Shown: positions 1 through 12,800 of the stretch, piece by piece
Layout of the letters: every line of letters starts with the position of its first letter
How positions within the stretch are numbered: position 1 is the first letter of the stretch
Assembly: GCA_010909165.1 (NCBI GenBank)
Contig: VJWM01000103.1
Location: forward strand, 620,001-684,000
Source of the DNA: Anthoceros angustus
Taxonomy: Eukaryota > Plantae > Anthocerotophyta
Length of the DNA stretch: 64,000 nucleotides
Direction of reading: 5' to 3'
Position numbers and translations under genes: made by a program
Notes under the pieces: model-generated
What the model was told of the DNA's origin: nothing
Database searches by the model: none
Seen by the model: the letters and a program-made list of their open reading frames with translations, nothing else

Positions 1-390
1 CCGTTCACAACATACCGCTTTCTCTTCCCTGGTAACAGCATGCTCGTGTGGCGCAGCAGCCTCCTCAAGCACCTGCTTCCCCCTCGACTTATCGAACACA
101 TCCGCAGTCACAGTGGACACACCTGAGGAACACACTGCTTCGCTGGACGTGGGGAAGGAGTCAGCGTCCGAGCACATTTGCGAAGACAGTGTGCTGAACG
201 AATTCAACTCGGCCTGGGCCTGGCCAGCTCCATCACGCGCCGTGAGCTTCCGTTCCCGATCACACTCCACAGGACTGTCTCCCCCGGACTCGGCAGCCGG
301 AGACACAACAGTGCAGCAATCCTCCTCCTTCACCTCTTCCGACGCCCTGTAAGCCAACACTCTCTCCAACTTCCTGTCCAACGATGCCAT
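1..390 (-). CDS. 5' end of a gene running off the window edge; possibly a CHD3/CHR4-like chromodomain protein
   Basis: ATG at 390 opens a stop-free frame to base 1 (130 codons: MASLDRKLERVLAYRASEEVKEEDCCTV...). It is absent from the ORF track because it has no stop in the window. LERVLAYR followed by a long acidic/Ser linker resembles the split first chromodomain (VDRVLGCR plus insertion) of plant CHR4-type remodelers. The identity is inference only. Confidence 0.4.
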   Translation of the reverse strand, partial: MASLDRKLERVLAYRASEEVKEEDCCTVVSPAAESGGDSPVECDRERKLTARDGAGQAQAELNSFSTLSSQMCSDADSFPTSSEAVCSSGVSTVTADVFDKSRGKQVLEEAAAPHEHAVTREEKAVCCER

Positions 391-970
391 GTTCCTCCTC
401 GCACCCGCGCTGCCTCCCTCCATCTCCACCTAACCCCTCCCGCAAACCTCCGCTTCCGGACCTAAGATCCGATCGAGGCCAGTGGCCCGCAGCGCACGGA
501 TTCACCCCATTCCCGAGAGCAGCTACCCCAGCCGCGCTGCCCGGGGAAGGGGCAATGCCAGAGAGCAGAGAAGACCGCAATTGCCTGGACGACGCTGAAG
601 CGCGGAATTCGCAGGAAACGCACGAGACTGCCGCATGAGACGTCTCACCGACACGAGCCCGACGCAGCCGGGCAGGGCTCAGCAGAGCAGAAACAAGAAG
701 AGACAAGCGCGGAATTAGTGTGCGAACGATCGCGGAGACTCGGACTTCAACAAAACACGAGCGTGTTTTTGGATGCGGCGTAAGTTGAAGGCTGGAACGA
801 GGCGACGAGGCGACGAGGCGACGAGGCGGAGAGCAGCGAGAGCGCTTCCGAGCCAAAATATCGCTTCACACAAAGATCAGCGTTGGACTTCCCTTTTTCC
901 CATGGCGTTGCCTGGGCCACTTTTCACCAGCATAGCAGACCGGGCTACTTTTCGGACAGATGCCGTTTTC

Positions 971-980
971 GCCACGTGGC
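971..980. promoter_or_regulatory. Perfect palindromic G-box/ABRE GCCACGTGGC
   Basis: Exact 10-bp palindrome about 580 bp upstream of the ATG at 390, with a second ACGT core near 1028. Confidence 0.4.
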
Positions 981-1509
981 GACATTTCGCCAGCCGGCGC
1001 AACGCCTGATCTTCTGGGCGCAACAGCCACGTCCGGTCGCGAGCGCGAGGGAGGCCGACCGTCGGTCGCCACCCACCGTAACGGCTGACACGGCTCGCAG
1101 GATATTTATCCCCGGAGGGTTTAAGGATAAGAGGATGGGTTAAACTCTGCCGTTCCCCAATAGCACGCCGGCAAATGGGACGCCACGCTGGATCTGCGGA
1201 ATATAAAGAAATTAGTTAAGGCGAGGGGAAATTCGGAAACTCGGTCTGTTGAATGCAACGGGAGCTGGCGGGAGAAGTAAAGGCCCCGCCACCGCACGCG
1301 CAGATGTTGATCAATCGGGGCCGTACCGTAGCTGGTGTGTGCTGTGTGTGCCACGGCCGCCATGTTATGGCTATGGCACAGTCTGCAGATATTTTGTGAA
1401 GGCCTGCAGTGAGGAATTTACATGCCCATTGGCTGGTTGGTGGGATTATTTAAGCGGCCGTGCATGTAAAATATCTGGGAACAAATATCCCCCGGGTTCC
1501 AACTCCCCC

Positions 1510-1569
1510 CTGGGTGCCTGGGTGCCTGGGAGCCTGGGTGCCTGGGAGCCTGGAAGCCTGGGAGCCTGG
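1510..1569. repeat. Short tandem repeat (GCCTGGGW)n, about 7 units of 8 bp
   Basis: ctgggtgcctgggtgcctgggagcctgggtgcctgggagcctggaagcctgggagcctgg. Confidence 0.85.
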
Positions 1570-3368
1570 CCCACGTCCGTCTGCTTCTGCGTCTTCATGT
1601 GCACAACTTTGTCTACTCTAACACGCGTCCTGGACCCTGGGGCGCCGGCTAAACTCGGCTACCCGCCTCTTCGTTCCAACAAAGGCCTCCTTCAATTTCG
1701 TAGCAAAGCACGCTCCCCGGGGCTGGAAACTCGAAACAGTGGCGACAGGCTTGGTTGCCTGTGTGAGTCATCTTGCAGGAGCTTTGCGGTGTTGCGGCTA
1801 CAGTCACAGCACATGTCATGGAGCTAGGGCGTCTTGTCTTCCCCTGTCATTTCTGCCTGTTGCCATCCCTGCCACCTAGCCGCAGTCGCTGCAGGGTTGC
1901 GAAAAGCACGGGTGCAGCGACTATCGAAACCTAACACTTGTCCTCGAGAAAACCTGGGACATGTGCTTCCGGTGCCTAACTGACTCATCGTTCTCTCACA
2001 AGCGCGCCGATTTGAGATGAACATTGTGTTACATCTCATTGCCAATGGATCCAGATGTACTTCTATCAGATGCTGGTGAAACACCTTTCTGATGCTGATG
2101 AAACACCTTTCTGATGCTGATGACATCTTGATATGGCAGAGCAATTCCATGGCACCTGTGCAACCGTCATTAGGTTGTGTCCGTTTCTCTCGGAGCTTAA
2201 ACACCTACAAGCAGATCCATGGTCGTAGCTTGGAGCTCCCTGCACACTCCACGACTCCAATCCACGCTTTAGGGCTAGCCTGATGAAAGTTCTTGTTCTT
2301 GCAATTGGCGTTGAGCGTTCTTTAATGGTGGCATGGACGAGTTGTTGCACCGTGAGTGTCGAAAGGCTCCGCTTGAGCTTGCGGAGTCCACGGAACACGC
2401 CGCATGCGGCAGTCATACGGCTTCGTGATGAAATCTTTGTTCAATCGTCCACACGTTCCCCGTTCCCCGCGCAACCAAGCTCAATCCGACACAGGCACAG
2501 ACGATCCGAAAGTCGCAGCACAACCGAGCGCCACACGTCCAGCCCCATGCAGTCCGCAACCGAGCTCATCACGTTCAGTCATCAGTCCATCGCCGTCTCC
2601 GGCACCCCGGAACAGGCAGGCGGGTTTGCATCGCTATCCCTCGTCCGCTTGCCAGTACGAAATGGGAAAATATCATCACCTAGTCCCTTAAAATTCTCAT
2701 TATGTTATAGCGTGTCATAATTCCCGATTTTGAACGCACAAGTTGAAACGCATGCGGCATTGCATTGCGCCACTCCCGACAATACCGAAGCTATACCATT
2801 CTTTGTGGATAATGCAGGGCGAATATGCTATTTCTCTCAAGCTCCTGGCTCAGCCTGTCCCATGGCACCGCAAACTCGCGGTGCGTGTTTATCCGAATGC
2901 TTTCCGCCAGTTTCGCCTGACACGGCAGAAGCTCCCCAGCTGATGTGGCTTGTAGGCGAGGGAGAACGAGAGGATTTGGTGACGTCAATTGCAGGTGCAA
3001 AAGGCCAGCAGCAAGGCCTGAAGCATATCCCTTCTCCAGTCGCATGCATGCAGGAGCCAAGGCTGGGCTGCAGCGTATTGGCAGGAGATTGGGCTCTGCA
3101 CTCTTTGTCCCTTCTCGTCTTCCCCTCTCCATTGAATCAGGCGTCAGCAAACTGCCTGCCGGAGGTGGAGGCACTCTCTTCTCGTTCCAGAAGCTAGTGG
3201 GGTCTTTTGCATCCTGGTGGAGCTAGGTCTCCAATGACAACAGCTCTGGCTTTTGCAAGCTGAATTTGAATGCATCTCGGTGTGGACAGCACTGGCAGCG
3301 TGCTTGCAGCTGGAGGGAGGCAGCTGAGGGCTGGAAGCTGGGGCCGGAACAAATAGAGTAGGCGAGCC

Positions 3369-4987
3369 ATGGCATGCATCTCTATGTCTGCCCCTCCCAT
3401 GGACAAGTGCTCCAATTCCCTCCCCTGCTGCTCAAATTTTAGCAGCACCCATTGTTCGGGGTCGGCTTCGAGGGTGAAACCTTCAAGCGGGATCTACCAG
3501 CGGGATGTGTCCAATGGATTGCTCAGGAGAGGGATGTCGCCATTGCACCAGGCTGAAGTCAAGCACCTTGTCAGCGGATCGCGGGAACGTTTGCGGTGTA
3601 GGTCAGCTGGTGGGGAGAATCCTGGAATGTCACTGGATGCGCTTCTGGAGGTAGATCAGGAAGCGCTGGCAGAAGAGGCTCCCCGTTTGCTGGCGTTGTG
3701 TGAGGACCTAGACTTGCAAGCGCAGGTTGCTAACCTGCGTGATGAGGCCCACAAGGGCCTGCAGAATTTGAACCTTCGGGCCATTGAGAGATACATCGAT
3801 TCGTGGAGCCATGACGGGTTAGTGCAAGGGCTGGAGCAGCACTGGACAGTGAAGACCCCCTCACCGGAGTTTGAGTGCAAGGTTGAGCTGGGAATGCAGG
3901 ATTTACACTTGCAAGCCTCCCTTCAGGTATGGTTCTGAGCGCCCTAGATGCAACATGTTCACTTATGTTCGGCGGTGTAGGGGAGGGTATCCAACAGGCT
4001 TGCTTCTTTGTGTAATGCAGGCTGTGGAGCACCTGACACGGGGTGTCGACAGCTCCTTTGATTGGCAGGTAGCTGCAAAGGAACTTCGCGAGCATGCGAT
4101 TCTAGGATTTGGGCAAGGGCTACCTCCTAGTCATCTCAGTACCACGTCCTCAGAGGAGCAACTCTGGAGTACATGGGTCACAGCCAGGGATGCTATGGCC
4201 AGTGCTGACAATGAGCTGGCCAAGGAGGCTGTTGCACACGACAATGGGATGGATGCTGAAGAGCTTGTGCATTTGGTGAGTTGATGGATTGCCCTTCTGT
4301 TACCTCGCACCCTTTGCACGGAAGACAGATCTGGTTCACTTGCGTATGTTGCGGCGGTTACACTCTTCTTATCTTTACTCCTGACTACGCCTGTGATTTG
4401 CGGCTGGCAGAGGGCAGAGTTGCAAACATCTAGTCCAAGGCGGCCAGTTCCACTCATACTACAGTCAGTAAGCATTGCTGGTGCCTACCTCGGTGCCTCG
4501 TTAACTGGTCTGCTATGCAACGGGGCAATTTCGTCCAGTGCCTGGGCTGCTGAGAATGGACTCTCCATCGAACCGATGCCCGAGTCTGTCGAGGCTGCGA
4601 CTAGAGCACCGGCATGGCTTGGTCCAGCAGTGCTGGCATTTCCTGTCTTGACCTACGGACTGTTCAACTACTACCGTGAAAATGTGAGTGTCTGGTGCTG
4701 ATCAGGTTCATGCTGAAGGGGCTTTGAGTTTAAGACAGCCGCCGTTCTGATAACTATGCTTTTGCTATCCAGGTGAACCCAGGTGCAAAGGTTGTTGATT
4801 GGATGTTTGGAGTCTTGGCAGCAGTGATCATCGCCAACATAGTTCTGATTGCCACTTTAGGGGTGAGTTATCTTTCAACTGTGTCTATTTTAGCATATGT
4901 GACTTATTCGCCCATGCTTATGCTACAACTTTGAGCATTGACGAGGTTTCCTTTTTTCCTCTGTTTCTGCAGGTGCGGTTATATTGA
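3369..4987 (+). CDS. Unknown, probably plastid-targeted membrane protein (~396 aa, 5 exons)
   Basis: Exons 3369-3926, 4021-4275, 4411-4683, 4773-4862 and 4973-4987 join in frame across GT-AG introns. Ser-rich transit-peptide-like N-terminus. C-terminal hydrophobic helices WLGPAVLAFPVLTYGLF and WMFGVLAAVIIANIVLIATLG, ending VRLY*. Confidence 0.8.
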
Positions 4988-6952
4988 TGCACATTCCCAA
5001 ACATCCCACACTAGGCAATACTGGAAGGACTTGTACAGTTGCTCCCTCCACAAGTTGTGCCATCGCTCGTCACCGCGAGGTGCGAGACACATCCACCATC
5101 TCGGTGGGTCATCCTTTAGGAGCGGTAGGGATCTCAGATCTTTGACCTTCAATGGTCTTCTGGTCAGTTGGGTTAGCCCGTCCTATCTAATCCAGAAATA
5201 AAACCAGTCGAGTAGTGTCTGTGGAAAGGAGCTGCGGCCGCACTGGAGGAAGACCGTCTCTATTTCGACAGAGAAGGACCAACAAATCCTCAACAACTAC
5301 TCCAGTCCACACAGGTGGTTACCCGCCATGGAACAATATTGAAAACAATATTGTCAGGGAAGATGTATGATTTACACAAACCGTCATGGGAGTCGTAAAT
5401 GCAGCTCTGGTAACTGGAAATGGACCGAGTTCATGGCACCTGCGCTCTATGTCTCGAACATGTATAGCCCGGCTTACAGCCATCCAGTCCACTCGGGAAA
5501 CCGCTGATCGTGGCCAGAGGGAGCTATGAAAATCACTCCCACCTTGTCCCTCCAGGAATCCAATGGCTGCTGAAGCTTGAGCCGGAGAGCTCAGAGGTGT
5601 GAAATTGGCTCCTGTGCACGCTAACAGTAGCCTGCAGGAGGCATGGAGACGCTGGGAGCATCTGTCGCCGCATGGCATATCGCGGGTCGGAGTGATTTTA
5701 GTGGGGCTGCCATCTTGGGATCGATGCATGGGGCAGGGTGCCCAATTTGGAAGCACGCATTTGGCGCTCCTGTCATGCCGGCATTGGGACTCGGGAGGAC
5801 GTTCAAAGCATTACAACTTGTAATTCACGGCATGGCCCATGTTCGTCGTAACTCGTAGTTCATGCCATGTTCAAAGTGGCATTGATGCAGAATACAGACG
5901 TGCGGCATTGTGCTTGTGTTTTCAAGCTTGTTGGGCGAGCTGGAGCCCGGGATGCGTTGCTCGTGCCGATGGAATGCGGCTGCTCTCTTTGGTGGTGGGA
6001 GTCCGTTTCTCGGTTTTCACAAAGCTGTGAATCATGACGATGCTGCTAAAAAACAGACGTGGTAAGCACACCCCGCACGTAAGCCTTCAACGAAGGAGCT
6101 GTTTGAATGCCACGACTGATCCAGGAACTGTCAAAACGGACAAGGTATGGGTTTCATTCAATGTTTGGAGTGCAAGAGAACACAGAAAAGTGGTACTTCG
6201 TGGGGCCAAGTTGATTTACGTTTAAACTGCTTGCTCCACACTAGACTCCCTGATTGCAAGCTTCGGATGTTACATACCCCTGCTCCAAGATAACTCAAGG
6301 CAAACATGGGGTGCTTGGATGTGACATGACTACAACCCTGGGGATGCACTGCCCACAAGAGCAAATACCACAGGCAGCAGACATAAACAAAATGTATAGA
6401 GAAGAAAAGTGCACACGCGGGGCAGCAGACAGCACTCTCTGACGTTGGCCTGCCCGCCTGACATTCCTTAGCCTTTCTTCTCATAATGGATATGTTGGGA
6501 AGTGCAAGACGAAGTGTTGGAGGAGACACTGGTAAGCGAGCTGACCTTCTCTTGTACGCCTGGCAATAGTACTACACCAACTGGTGCAGCAGATGCATCA
6601 AAACTTAGCCTGCTCACTGCGGGGGAGAGTTCTACCCCCGTCTCCTCATCTGCCCAGACCTTGTTTCCCTGATATGCCCGCGCTGGTCAACTGCTCGACC
6701 TCACATGGGCTCAAACAATGACGAAGCTACAACAGAGCAACCTCGTTTCTCAGAGTGAGGTGACATGCTAAGCAACCCTACACCCTTCACACTCCAAGTC
6801 ACACAGGACAGGGTCGCCCGGCTCGGTAGATTCCCACGCCAATACCCTGCATGTGTTGCCGGAGGCAAGCCAACAGAACCTCACGCTCGACAGGATGTCC
6901 CGTCTAACACATATCCTCCCACACTAAACCCTAAACCCTGACAAGCAGAGCC

Positions 6953-7545
6953 CTACTCCGCTTGTGGCCCCGCCGCAGGCTTGGCCGCTGCAGATGCCAG
7001 GACGGGCCTTCCCGTCCCTCCACCTCCGGGGATAATGGTCTCCGTGCCATCATACACCAGAACCCCTTTTGCGTTAAACCTCATCTTGGCCAGATCCTCA
7101 TCCAGCTTATCCAGCACCTCCTGCGGTGGAACCCTAATTTCCGTCTTGCACAGCTTCTCGTAGCCCGCAGCTATCAGGCGTCTCCAGAACACCGCCCGCT
7201 CCGTGTCCAGCTTCTTCTCCGGGATGCTCATCAGGTACTCGTCGATCCCCCCTTTCCGATCAATGCACCGCAGCGCGTGCATTGTCACGTCCACCCTGAT
7301 GTGCCGATCCAACACCAAGCTGAAGAGCCGCTTCTTCTGCACGTTAGGTTTCCACGTCCGCCTCGACCTGCGCATTTCAGAGGGTGAGCAGCGCCATCTC
7401 GCACTGGCCAGCCACAAAACTGCACGACACAAGGCAGGTGTGATTACTTGTTTCCGCCGTCCTCGCTGACCTTGTTGCCGAAACGGATGTGCCTCCCGGC
7501 GTACAGCCCCCGCTTGGCCCTGTTCATCACAATTTTGGAGGCCAT
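6953..7545 (-). CDS. MRPL28: Mitochondrial ribosomal protein bL28m
   Basis: Exons 7545-7448 and 7367-6953 (80-bp intron) give MASKIVMNRAKRGLYAGRHIRFGNKVSEDGGNKSRRTWKPNVQKKRLFS...GGIDEYL, the L28 signature. Confidence 0.93.
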
Positions 7546-8475
7546 GGCTTCTCAGCAGACAAGCTCGGGGGGGAGTGGGACAATCCAGAAACAGCGCCCA
7601 CGGTGGAGGACAGTCAGGTGACCTGCTAGTCTGGAGGGACCGATGTCACGGGACCCGACGTGCGGGCCGTGCCGGGTCGGCGGGACACGTGAACGGGAGG
7701 AGACGTGCTTCCACGGGCCGGTCACGTTCCCGGCCTTTCAGCAGTCACCAGTCTTGCACTCACCTTCTTTACTTGATATAATATATTCTTTATTAAGGGG
7801 AGGGGAGGAGATCCCATCCAGCACAGGACATCAAAGGGAGACCCCAAAAGAGCCGCCGTAAAAAGAAGCAACTAAGCTCCATCGCTCCATCCCTATAGTC
7901 ATTTAGTAGACATCTCTCTTTCATAGCAATCATAGAATTCTTAATCTAATTTTTTCTTGGGAGATCAAATTCCACAGAAAAATACAGACTTTATCAAACT
8001 CATTAGAATTTTGGTTTTAACCTCATCATGCAATCAAAGGTTGGGAAAGATAATCATATTCTTTTTTTATCAACTAACCTCCCATCCCATCAATTATATG
8101 GGCTTTTGGTTAAATCTAAACTCGATACAGAGATAAATTTATTTGGAGAGGCTTCTCCACAATGTTTCTCTAGCCCAAGGGCTGGCCATATCTCATGTTA
8201 GAGAATACATTTGGCCCGTAGTCCCATTGGAGAACAACGAATGCAACTCATACCGCTCTGTTCACTAGAGACGGCACGTTCACAATCGAGCCATGTTCAC
8301 AATCGCTTGAAGAAAGTGGATAGAGTCGTTCGAGTAGGATGGACTTGTACTTGGTCCAAGAGATCAAGTCTTCGTACTTAAATACCATTCGCGAGAAACC
8401 ATTACAAAGTAAGATGGGCAGCAGAAGAAACATCTCGGGATAACGTAAAGTACATTAGATGGGCCTGTACTTGGT

Positions 8476-8653
8476 CCAAGAGACCAAGCCTCCGTAGTGA
8501 GGACAATTCTCGTACAATTTAGAACGCCCAAGTTGGACACTCCTATGTACTGTCCCAAAACTTCCCAAGAGACCAAGCCTCCGTAGTGAGGACAATTCTC
8601 GTACAATTTAGAACGCCCAAGTTGGACACTCCTATGTACTGTCCCAAAACTTC
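8476..8653. repeat. Tandem duplication, 89-bp unit x2
   Basis: ccaagagaccaagcctccgtagtgagg...cccaaaacttc starts at 8476 and again at 8565, in AT-richer intergenic DNA. Confidence 0.9.
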
Positions 8654-9319
8654 TTTTCGAGGTATCACTCTGGCAAAAGTACTAAGTACGATTACCTATG
8701 GCCTGCGGCTCTAGGTACCTATATAGATCCTATACAAACATGTTCTCCATTTATGAACATATGAAGCTGTGGAATTTGGTCCCAACTATATCCATCCCTT
8801 GTTGCATTCCATTGAGTGTTGGCCGAGTTTGTATGGAGCATGAGCCTCGCAAAAGAAAGCCCCACATGCGGTCGGGCCCCGCTGCGAGACCTGCGTTGAG
8901 TATAGAGTATATAATATCGTCCTATTTAGAAGAAGTATGCGTGGAGCATGTGAGTGAGAGGCCGGATATGTATCACCGCAAGCAGGCAATGAGCGCAGGC
9001 AGGGTGGTGTTGCAGGTAGTAGTCTAAACTCGGTGGATGAGAGCAATCCTGGGGTTTAGGTAACTCAAGCGTACTAGTGTAGAGCAGCAGGTAATAAGCG
9101 ACAAGGACAAGCGAGGTGGACGCCACGTCGCCTCTCTCTTTGGCTGCTTCCAAGTTCCGCCAGAGTCTTGCGACTGCAGCTGCCTCTGTCCGCCTCGCCA
9201 CGGTAGCTTCGCCCGGCCTGGTCGCTGGTCTGCGTTGCCGGGTTGCTGGGTTGCTGGATGCTGCAGCGCGTGGACAGCACCCCAAGGTCCCTCTTCCCCT
9301 TCCAAGCCCCCGCACCTGT

Positions 9320-9505
9320 ACCAATTCCCTTTCCCATTCCCATTCCCCATTCCCATGCCCCCATTCCCGCAACCACTTGCCGCCCGGCTAGCATTCTCTT
9401 GGCACTGACTTTGAGGGGAAGTTGCCCGGCCCCGGCCCCGGCACCGGCACCGGCACCGGCGGACGGCACCAATTGCTCTGGGCCTGGGCCTGGGCCCGGC
9501 CTGGG
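9320..9505. repeat. Hexamer microsatellite cluster (ATTCCC)n, (GGCACC)n, (GGGCCT)n
   Basis: Directly visible upstream of the 1046-aa ORF. Confidence 0.85.
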
Positions 9506-9800
9506 GACGCGCGGCTGCTGGAATTGCTCAGGATTGCTGGCCTTGGCCGGGTGTGCTGCTCTCGGGACATGACCAGATCTTTGATGGCGCAATCGCAGGC
9601 CTCGTCGGAGTCCCACGTGTAGCGGCTGCGGGCTGGAGGCAGCCCGGTGCCCTCATGCGTCCATGACTCGCCCTGCTCAGGATGTGAGAGCCTGCCAAGA
9701 AGGGCCCAATTCTGCGCATTCCCAGCTGCGGGCCGGCGGGCAAGATGCTGTGCGGAGCCCGGCAGGCCAGGCGTGACGCGGGGGGGAATCCCTTCTTGCC

Positions 9801-12800
9801 ATGTCGGCCGCTGCCTCTGCGTCTGCGTCCGCCGCTGCCGGGGTGGCGGACAAGCCCGCCAGGTCAAGAAAGAGCAAGGCTTTCACCTTGGGGGCGCTTC
9901 TTGCCGGCGCGGATGTGGATCCGCGCTTCCCCGGGGACGGGCTGCAGGATGGCATGAGGCCGGCGGGGAGCGGGAGCGCCAGCGCCAGCGCCAGCGCCAG
10001 CCTCAGCCTGGGGGAGGGCAGCAACGACGTCGGGGCCGACGGCGAGGATGACCTGGATTTCGAGGACGACAAGGGGGATGGCGATGGGAATGGGGATGGG
10101 GATGGCGATGGGAACGAGCTGGAGCTGGAGCTGGAGCAGGAGCAGGAGCAAGAGCACGAGCACGAGCACGAGCACGAGCAGGAGCAGGAGCAGGAGGAGG
10201 AGGAGGAGGAGGGTTTCGGGAATGGGCGGGGGGACGAGCAGGAGGGGAGCATGGGCATCGGCATGGGCATGGGCATGGGCAGCACCAGCAGTCTCAAGAA
10301 GAAGCTCTTCAAGCGCCAGTTTAGGAACGCCTGGAGGTACCTCTACCCGTGGGTCATCACCAGGAAGAAGCCCAGCGGGGAGACGGTGATGAAATGCGAG
10401 TACTGCGAGGAGGGCGGGCTGGACACGCCCTGGGGGAAGGGATCCGGGTGCAGGAACCTGCAGCTGTCCGCTCTGCGCTGCCATGCCAACTCCGAGAACC
10501 ACAAGAAGGCGGAGGCCAGATGGGGGTGCCGGCCGGGCGAGCACATCCGCTCCCTGGCCCTGCCGCTGCCCCTGCCCCTGCCCCTGCCGGTGCCTGTGCC
10601 TGTGTCGGTGCCGGCGCCGGCGCCGCTGCCGCTGCCGGACCAGATGCGGGAGATGGCGGATCAGGGGGCGGACATGGTGGCGTGCCATGTCATGGACTTC
10701 GAGGAGGAGCTGCAGGGGGACGGGGCTGCGGAGAAGGGGAAGAATGGGAAGCTGGTGAAGAGGCACTTCAGGCATGCTTGGAGGCTGCTGTATCCGTGGG
10801 TCAGGACGGTGAGGAAGCCTGGGGGGGAGAGTGTGATGAAGTGCAGGTACTGTGAGGAGGGGAATCTCGACACTCCTTGGGGTAAAGGCTCTGGGTGCAG
10901 GAACCTGCAGCTTTCGGCTCTCAGGTGTCATGCCAGATCTGAGAACCACAAGAAGGCGGAGGCCCGCTGGGGCAGCCGGTTTGATGATGTCAGGCCCATG
11001 TTGGAGAGCGTCAAGGCGGGGGCGGATGAGGTTAGGCTGCCGCCGGATAACACTGTGGCACCGCTGGTTGAGGGGTCGACGGTGTTTCAGGATGCGCTGC
11101 GGCCCTTGTGTTTGCCGGATATGAGCAGGTCTATGGCGATGCAGGTGAGGTCGTCCACGGAGCCACTGCGCCTCCTGCCCCATGACTTGCTGCAGGGGCT
11201 CTTGGACTCTGCTGACAGGGGTTCCGTCATCTCCGGTTTGCAGTTGATGTATTTCATTGCGTGGAAGAACTATCCTCTGGAGGCTTATCCGGAGCTGTGT
11301 GACCTCGTGAGGTTGTTGGGGGCGCCCAAGGTGCCTGGGAAGGATGACGGTTTAGATTATGTGAGTATGGATGCCGGCAAGGCTTTTCTCTCGGCGGCTA
11401 GTGACTACCTGAAACTGACTCAGCAGGAAGAGCTCAAGGACAGCCCTTTCTTTTCTCTGCTCGTTGACAACGGTGTGGGCTTGGCTGTGGAGAATCATGT
11501 GGCCATGTATGTCACGTATCTCTCTGGGAAGGGGGCTGGCCGTCCGACCACCGAATTTCTGCAGCTTGTGGAAATAAAGGACAGGTCTGCCCACTCCATT
11601 TATACTGCCGTGTGCAACATGCTGATGCAGAGGAATCTAGTTAGGGCCAAGCAAGTAGTGCTTGCCACAGATGGCACTTCGGGCCTGAGCAGTGAAAGGG
11701 GTCATCTCGTCTCCATATTCAGGAGGGATGTGCCCCATCTCCTGGAGACTCACAGTGTGACACGCCTTGCGACGGAATGTCTCGCCGCCGGAGATGCTGC
11801 AAGGAATGTACCCGAGTTAAATTTTGTCAACAATTTTGTCAGGAAGGTCTACGAGTCAGTTAGCAGCTCAGCGAATGAGCATATAGAATTTGAGGAGCTG
11901 ATGGAAGCTTTCACGGCTGGTATGGTGGATCCATCTTATTTCTACAAAGTGGAGTGGGTTTCTAGGTGGCAAGCCGTGGAGAAGCTCGTGCAAGCCATGC
12001 CCTTCCTACTTGACAAATGGCAAGCTGAAGAGCATGGCTGGTATGGTTATGCCACTATTTACCAAGTGCAGTTCTGGCTTCATCTGTTAGCCGATGTGCT
12101 GCTGGAATTGAATAAACTAAACAAGAAGATCCAAGAAGAAAATGTGGAAATAACCACCATTGGATCTTTTCTTGATGTCACCCTGTCTGTGTTGAGGAGA
12201 CGGTTTCTTCGAGGGCACAACGAGTTTGGGCTTGGAGGAAGGTATGTCGATCAGCTGCTGAAAGAAGGGGAGTTGAGATCCACAGATATGCATGGGAATG
12301 TTCGGGTGCACATTTTGAGGTTGGAAGGTCTGCAAGGCTCCCTAAGAGGAGGTTCTGTAGAAGACTGCAAAGCACTTGGGGAGATTTTTGTGCAGAACGT
12401 TGTCCAGCTTCTGATTGACAGGTTTCCCGATATCAACGTCTTCCATTCAGCAAGACTATTTAGTCCCAAGTACTATCCGAGTGATGAGATCGAGATGGAG
12501 CGAATGACAGCCCATTGGTTGGAGAAGCTACTGGAGCGGTTCTGTGATGGTTTGGCACAGCCGTTGGTCTCCAGGGAAAGTTGCAAGGCCGAATTGCATG
12601 AGTTCGTCTCCATGCTTGCAAATTCTTGCGAGCGGAAAAACATGTTGGAGGCCTGGAAATTTTGCGGAGGGACACCTCACTGGCACCAAGACTGGCCGAA
12701 CTTGATGAGACTCTGGCAAATAGTGATGGTCATCCCTGCGAGCACGGTAGTATGTGAACGTGGATTTTCCAAGAAGGTGCTCACCCGGAACAGCAACAGG

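Noticed and set aside
2066-2416. ORF with TPIARTRTFIRLAL, reminiscent of a RUN-domain motif
   Set aside because: Single short resemblance with no consistent exon chain. A 22-bp tandem duplication (~2077-2123) in the region is not frame-preserving.
5000-6900. Short ORFs and several minus-strand splice-like sites
   Set aside because: I could not assemble any recognisable protein. This may be UTR or non-coding sequence.
6923-6939. Two telomere-like units (CTAAACCCTAAACCCT)
   Set aside because: Too short to be an interstitial telomere. As a telo-box it lies 3' of the gene rather than in the promoter.
9677-11183. Long antisense ORFs (439 aa and 211 aa) over the transposase-like gene
   Set aside because: Shadow ORFs produced by high GC3 and hexamer repeats.
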